34,372 nt of DNA, from assembly GCA_039680575.1 (NCBI GenBank), contig JBDKSP010000080.1, positions 1-34,372 on the forward strand, read 5' to 3'. A program made the translations under genes and the position numbers. The notes beneath the pieces were generated by a model. It did not search any database, was not told where the DNA came from, and saw nothing but the letters and a program-made list of their open reading frames with translations. Of this stretch, positions 29,694-34,372 are shown one piece after another (within the stretch, counting starts at the first letter, position 1; every line of letters begins with the position of its first letter). Source of the DNA: Armatimonadota bacterium (GTDB lineage: Bacteria; Armatimonadota; UBA5829; DTLH01).

Positions 29694-29784
29694 ACCCAAC
29701 GAGCAATGACCAAAACAACAGTCCTGCCTTGAGCTATTTCAACACTCGCGGTAGATCAACTGGTTTGGTTATTGTACGTTGGGC
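29694..29784 (+). other. long rod-like imperfect hairpin (candidate structured RNA or repeat element)
   Basis: CCCAACG/CGTTGGG, GCAATGACCAAA/TTTGGTTATTGT, CAGT/ACTG, CTGCC/GGTAG, GAG/CTC; the G-U pairs work only on the + strand. Confidence 0.45.
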
Positions 29785-29835
29785 GATAAATTGAACGTGG
29801 ATCTTTCGGGGTAATCCCCGGCGACCCATCTTAGT

Positions 29836-30195
29836 TTATGCTGATACCTGGGCTCTCGCCTGTTCTACAAGCTGAGAAAACGCCTGGGTATCATTGATAG
29901 CCATCTCAGACAGCATCTTTCTATCCAGTTCTACACCTGCTTTAGAAAGTCCTTCTATAAATCGGCCATATGTCAGGCCTTGCTCTCTGCATGCGGCATT
30001 AATTCTTGCAATCCATAGTCTGCGGAACTCCCGCTTCTTGTTTTTCCTGTCACGGTAGGCATACTGCATGGAATGCATGACTGCTTCTTTAGCTGTCTTG
30101 AACAGCCTGCTTCGTCCACCCCAGTAGCCTTTCGCTCTTTCCAGCACCTTCTTATGGCGCTTATGCGTCATTGTGCCGCGTTTTACGCGTGGCAT
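29836..30195 (-). CDS. rplT: 50S ribosomal protein L20
   Basis: [43 protein letters not shown]. Confidence 0.98.
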   Translation of the reverse strand: MPRVKRGTMTHKRHKKVLERAKGYWGGRSRLFKTAKEAVMHSMQYAYRDRKNKKREFRRLWIARINAACREQGLTYGRFIEGLSKAGVELDRKMLSEMAINDTQAFSQLVEQARAQVSA

Positions 30196-30271
30196 GTATC
30201 CGTTCTCCTAACTTAGAGTTAATTAAAACTCATAACTTTGTATTTGTGTAAGAGTTCACACTCTACAAACA

Positions 30272-30369
30272 ACGTCACCCTGAACTTGTTTCAGGGTCTA
30301 TTCCCGGTGAGATCCCGAATCTTTCGAAGATTTTCAGTATAGCTGAAACTCATTATTTCGGGATGACGT
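30272..30369. repeat. palindromic extragenic repeat element
   Basis: Inverted termini ACGTCACCCTGAA...TTCGGGATGACGT, inner hairpin ACCCTGAActtgtTTCAGGGT; ACGTCACCCTGAACT recurs at 34249-34263. Confidence 0.7.
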
Positions 30370-30380
30370 ATGAATACCAT

Positions 30381-30578
30381 TTAGGTACCGGGCAGCATCC
30401 GTTTGATCTTCTTGAGATCGCCTTTTGTGACCGCAGTCTCTAACTCAAGCCGGCGCTCACGTGAGGATGACTTCTTCATCATAAGGTGGTTCATTCTAGC
30501 ATGTCCATGAAGGACTTTTCCACCCGCACTAATCTTGAACCGCTTTGCGGCGGTCTTCCTGGTCTTAATCTTAGGCAC
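30381..30578 (-). CDS. rpmI: 50S ribosomal protein L35
   Basis: MPKIKTRKTAAKRFK.SAGGK, H...KKS; GTG start with SD GAGGT. Confidence 0.96.
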   Translation of the reverse strand: MPKIKTRKTAAKRFKISAGGKVLHGHARMNHLMMKKSSSRERRLELETAVTKGDLKKIKRMLPGT

Positions 30579-30607
30579 GTTTTACCTCACATCAAATAGA
30601 AGTCAGC

Positions 30608-31126
30608 TTATACCGCCGACTTTGGGCTAAGTATCATCGTCATCGTCCGGCCTTCCATGGAAGGCGCTTTTTCAACTACAGCGATCTCCTGCGATTCTTC
30701 AGCGATCCGCTGAAGCGACTTCCTGGCGAACTCGGGATGAGTGATTTCCCTACTCCGAAAGATGACCGTAAATTTGACCTTGTCACCTTCCTTGAGAAAC
30801 TTCAGTGCATTCTTGAGCTTGAACTGGAAATCATGCTCATCAATCCCCGGCCGCATTCTGATGCCCTTAACTTCCGAGGCTTTCTGCTTCTTGTGAGCGT
30901 CCCGTTCACGCTTTCCCTGTTCGTACTTCCACTTCCCGTAGTCCATTATCCGACATACGGGGGGGTTAGCTGTTGGTGCAACCTCAATCAGGTCCAATCC
31001 CTTTTCACGTGCAAGCTCGATTGCCTGTCTGAAAGGTACGACGCCGACTTGCGTCCCTGCGTCATCGATCAACCTGACTTCACGGGCACGAATCCTCTCG
31101 TTTACCCTGAAATCTCCTCTGCTTAT
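30608..31126 (-). CDS. infC: translation initiation factor IF-3, non-canonical ATA start
   Basis: Frame extends upstream of the ORF-track start as ISRGDFRVNERIRAREVRLID, with GAGGTG 8 nt before ATA (31126). Motifs LDLIEVAP, PPVCRIMDYGK, GDKVK, FRSRE. Confidence 0.95.
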   Translation of the reverse strand: MSRGDFRVNERIRAREVRLIDDAGTQVGVVPFRQAIELAREKGLDLIEVAPTANPPVCRIMDYGKWKYEQGKRERDAHKKQKASEVKGIRMRPGIDEHDFQFKLKNALKFLKEGDKVKFTVIFRSREITHPEFARKSLQRIAEESQEIAVVEKAPSMEGRTMTMILSPKSAV

Positions 31127-31205
31127 AGTCGTCTCACCTCAAGTTCGGCTAGAGCATCATAAATTGCTCTTCCTGCCGGATTTTCCCTGTTAGTATAGCG
31201 AACCA

Positions 31206-32927
31206 TCAAGAAGCTGTCAACTCCCCTGCTAAATCCAGTATAAATTCATCGACCGGTCTTGCACCGAGATCGCCTTTATCACGGGAGCGGACGGACACCT
31301 GGTCCTCTGCTATCTCTCTGTCACCTACTATCAGCATATATGGTATCTTCTGAAGCTGTGCTTCACGAATCTTATACCCTGTCTTTTCGTTCCTGGTATC
31401 GACTGTTGCTCTGAATCCCTTCTCGACGAGTCGAGCGGCCACTTTATGGGCATACTCCTGGTGCCGGTCAGCAATCGGCAGTATGATCGCCTGCACCGGA
31501 GCAAGCCAGAGCGGGAATGCACCAGCGTAGTGCTCGACAAGCACTCCAAAGAACCTCTCGATCGATCCCAAAAGCGCTCTGTGGACCATTATCGGCCGAT
31601 GCGGCTTGCCGTCTTCGCCGATGTACTCGATATCGAACCGTTCAGGTTCATTGAAGTCGACCTGGATTGTGCTGCACTGATGTTCCCTGCCGAGAGCGTC
31701 TTTAATCTTGACGTCGATCTTCGGCCCATAGAACGCGCCGCCGCCTTCATCGACCTTATATTCGAGACCTTTATGCTCCAGAGCCTTCTTAAGAGCATCC
31801 GTAGCTTCTGCCCAACTTTCCAGTGTCCCGACATACTTGTCTTCAGGCCGTGTCGAGAGGTATATACCGTACTCGTGAAACCCGAAATGGCCAAGAATGT
31901 CGATTACGAAGTCCAGTAGCCGTATTATTTCATCATCCAGCTGGTCAGGTGTACAGAAAATGTGCGCATCATCCTGAGTGAACCCTCGGACCCTCATCAG
32001 ACCGTGCAGGGTGCCGGAGCGCTCGAACCGATATACGGTTCCGAGTTCCGCCCATCTGATCGGAAGCTCTCTGTAGCTCCTCAACCTTGCCTTATAGATA
32101 GCAAGATGGAACGGACAGTTCATCGGCTTGATCCGATAAGGAACGCCTTCGACTTCCATCGCGCCATACATACTCTCAGCATAGAAATCGAGATGTCCGC
32201 TCGTAACCCAGAGGTCCTGACGTGCGATATGCGGTGTCTGAACCAGCTCATACCCACCTTCGAGGTGAGCCTTCCGCCAGTAGTCTTCCATAATCTTCCG
32301 TATCAGCGCGCCTTTTGGATGCCAAAGCGGGAGCCCTGGGCCGACTTGCTCATCGAATGAGAAGAGTTCGAGTTCCCTGCCCAGTTTCCTATGGTCGCGC
32401 TTCTCTGCTTCCTCAAGGCGCTGCAGATAAGCATCCAGCTCTTCCTTGGTAGGCCATGCAGTTGCATAAATCCGCTGAAGCATTGGGTTCTTTTCGTCAC
32501 CCCGCCAGTATGCACCGGCGATGGAAAGGAGTTTGAACGCACCGATCTTGCCTGTGCTCTCGACATGCGGGCCGCGGCACCAGTCTACGAAGCCGTTTTC
32601 CTCATATATGGTCGATGTCTCGTCCTCATTCTCGCGGATCAGTTCGAGCTTGTACGGCTGGTCGGCAAAAATCTTCTCTGCTTCGGCCTTCGCCACTTCT
32701 TTACGGACGAACTTATTGTCGGCCTTGACGATCTTGACCATCTCGGCTTCGATCTTTTCGAGGTCTTCCGGCACAAACGGCTCCGGCTTGTCAAAATCGT
32801 AGTAGAAACCGTCCTCAATCGGTGGCCCAATTGCGATTTTTACCTCAGGGAACAGGTTCTTGACCGCGTGCGCCATAACATGCGCCGCAGAGTGCCGCAT
32901 CATTTCAAGAGCATCTGTCTTTTCCAT
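31206..32927 (-). CDS. thrS: threonine--tRNA ligase (no N-terminal TGS domain)
   Basis: RHSAAHVMA, DWCRGPH, RDHRKLG, KPMNCP, RVRGFTQDDAH, GAFYGPKID, HRALLGSIERF; ATG 32927 lies 4 nt after the galE stop. Confidence 0.97.
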   Translation of the reverse strand: MEKTDALEMMRHSAAHVMAHAVKNLFPEVKIAIGPPIEDGFYYDFDKPEPFVPEDLEKIEAEMVKIVKADNKFVRKEVAKAEAEKIFADQPYKLELIRENEDETSTIYEENGFVDWCRGPHVESTGKIGAFKLLSIAGAYWRGDEKNPMLQRIYATAWPTKEELDAYLQRLEEAEKRDHRKLGRELELFSFDEQVGPGLPLWHPKGALIRKIMEDYWRKAHLEGGYELVQTPHIARQDLWVTSGHLDFYAESMYGAMEVEGVPYRIKPMNCPFHLAIYKARLRSYRELPIRWAELGTVYRFERSGTLHGLMRVRGFTQDDAHIFCTPDQLDDEIIRLLDFVIDILGHFGFHEYGIYLSTRPEDKYVGTLESWAEATDALKKALEHKGLEYKVDEGGGAFYGPKIDVKIKDALGREHQCSTIQVDFNEPERFDIEYIGEDGKPHRPIMVHRALLGSIERFFGVLVEHYAGAFPLWLAPVQAIILPIADRHQEYAHKVAARLVEKGFRATVDTRNEKTGYKIREAQLQKIPYMLIVGDREIAEDQVSVRSRDKGDLGARPVDEFILDLAGELTAS

Positions 32928-32931
32928 AAAA

Positions 32932-33921
32932 TTATCTATCTCCAAAGCCTTCGGGGTGGTTTCTATGCCACTGCCAGGCTGTTTCAATTATCGTTTTCAG
33001 TTCCGCATACCTGGGCTTCCATCCAAGCTGTTTTTTGATCTTATCAGAGCTTGCTACGAGCCTTGCAGGGTCCCCTGCTCTCCTCGGAGCATCGACCGCC
33101 GCTATTTTCTTGCCTGTAACTTCTTCGGCGACGGTAATTACTTCCTTGACGGAGTATCCACTGCCGTTACCCATGTTATATACGTCACTCGAGGCACCGG
33201 ATTCCAGCGCTTCGAGCGCCAAAAGGTGAGCTTGGGCAAGATCGGTCACATGCACATAGTCTCTCACGCATGTCCCGTCCGGCGTCGGCCAATCCGTGCC
33301 GAATATTGCTATATTATCACGTTTACCCAGCGCAACGTCCAGCACAAGCGGTATCAGATGATGCTCCGGCTTGTGGTCTTCGCCTATCAAACCCGATGTA
33401 TCCGCGCCTGAAGCGTTAAAGTATCTTAAAGCCGTCCATTTGAGCCCGTATGCATGATCATATTCGGTCAAAATGCGCTCCAACATGAGCTTTGATCTGC
33501 CGTAAGGGTTTGTCGGGTCCTTTGGATGGTCTTCAGGGATAGGGACAACCTCTGGTTCGCCGAAGACCGCTGCGGTCGAGGAGAAAATCATTCTCTTCAC
33601 ACCGGCTGCGAGCATCTCCTGAATCAAAGTGAGACTGTTCTGGATATTGTTTACATAGTATTTCTGAGGGTCCTTGACCGATTCTCCTACATCAGCGAAC
33701 GCCGCGAAATGCATTACGGCATCAATCGGATATTTCGCAAATACGCTTTTTAAGAGTTCGGTATCACCGATGCTTCCGATAACGACTTCGCTTCCGCTCG
33801 ACGCGCCGGTATGCCCGAATGACAGATCATCAAGGCAGACCACCCGCCTGCCCTGGTCCATCAGATGCTTGACTGCATGAGACCCCACATATCCTAATCC
33901 GCCGGTTACAAGAATCGCCAT
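32932..33921 (-). CDS. galE: UDP-glucose 4-epimerase
   Basis: ILVTGGLGYVGSH, HFAA..VGES, FSSTAAVFG, YGRSK, LRYFNASG, DGTCVRDYVHV, RRAGDP; ATG 33921 with SD GGGGG. Confidence 0.95.
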   Translation of the reverse strand: MAILVTGGLGYVGSHAVKHLMDQGRRVVCLDDLSFGHTGASSGSEVVIGSIGDTELLKSVFAKYPIDAVMHFAAFADVGESVKDPQKYYVNNIQNSLTLIQEMLAAGVKRMIFSSTAAVFGEPEVVPIPEDHPKDPTNPYGRSKLMLERILTEYDHAYGLKWTALRYFNASGADTSGLIGEDHKPEHHLIPLVLDVALGKRDNIAIFGTDWPTPDGTCVRDYVHVTDLAQAHLLALEALESGASSDVYNMGNGSGYSVKEVITVAEEVTGKKIAAVDAPRRAGDPARLVASSDKIKKQLGWKPRYAELKTIIETAWQWHRNHPEGFGDR

Positions 33922-34022
33922 AGGTTCCCCCTGAGATGCCTGCATAAATTCTAAAATATGCTTGCTCAACCGTTCTGGAAACAATAAAACCGCCTGCTAT
34001 TTCCAGCACTCCGACAGGCATT

Positions 34023-34052
34023 AATATACCACTTTCCCTCATATATTGGCAA
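34023..34052 (-). promoter_or_regulatory. putative sigma70 promoter for galE-thrS-infC
   Basis: Minus strand TTGCCA, 18-nt spacer, TG-g-TATATT. Confidence 0.55.
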
Positions 34053-34210
34053 ATAAATCAGTTGGGTGTAATACCTCATCGACGCGACAAGCAGCCACCA
34101 GACACAACTCCCGGCCACACATTTGCCCTAATATATATAATCTTATCTTTATATTTTACCAGCTGCCCCGCATTGCCTATGTAAGGGTTCACTCTTGCAA
34201 GAATTATATA

Positions 34211-34293
34211 TCACCCTGAACAACCAGCATGTCATCATGGATGGAAGCACGTCACCCTGAACTAATCGCGCCTACGGCGCGGCACGCTCCGCG
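34211..34293. repeat. partial copies of the GTCACCCTGAAC palindromic repeat plus a small hairpin
   Basis: TCACCCTGAAC at 34211, ACGTCACCCTGAACT at 34249, CGCGCC-TAC-GGCGCG at 34267-34281. Confidence 0.5.
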
Positions 34294-34372
34294 TGAATCC
34301 ACCACAGCGGGTACATAATGCCAGGACAGGATTGACACTGAAAAGTCGCCGGTTGTCCTGGCAGCCCCGGAT

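Noticed and set aside
29694..29784. attC site or SRP/6S RNA call
   Set aside because: No extrahelical base or unpaired spacer and no integron integrase; lacks the SRP GGAA domain IV motif; too short for 6S. Kept only as an unnamed hairpin.

Overview
Bacterial chromosomal window of about 50% GC. The mix of Firmicute-like core genes and TolB-like exported proteins suggests Armatimonadota or a related Terrabacteria lineage (inference only). Most of it is housekeeping or metabolic: nagD-like HAD, thiD, pyrG, two tandem secreted paralogues, an orphan HEPN gene, xylB-tal-ald-mtaD-like, Nudix, deoC-recO, a K+-independent H+-PPase, a DUF4380-like gene and a TolB-like gene. A long minus-strand run follows: galE-thrS-infC(AUA start)-rpmI-rplT-pheS-pheT ... 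GT-C glycosyltransferase-xerD-deoB. The most interesting part is a module between pheT and the glycosyltransferase (22.2-26.3 kb, minus strand). It contains (1) a 217-aa protein with LeuA-allosteric-like repeats; (2) an unannotated 28-aa signal-peptide-like ORF (MKRLFKVLIALATLAATCGATWRQWPPP) enclosed by a perfect 14-bp inverted repeat and preceded by repeated GAGCGG motifs; (3) a multi-TM HD-GYP protein with a rubredoxin-like CxxC-x12-CPxC finger inserted in its catalytic domain; (4) a degenerate single-TM HD-GYP (HD to RD); and (5) a DUF5317-like membrane protein whose motifs parallel those of LspA-type aspartic peptidases. Together these look like a candidate peptide-pheromone system signalling into cyclic-dinucleotide turnover. 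Family names come from motif recognition; no database search was run.
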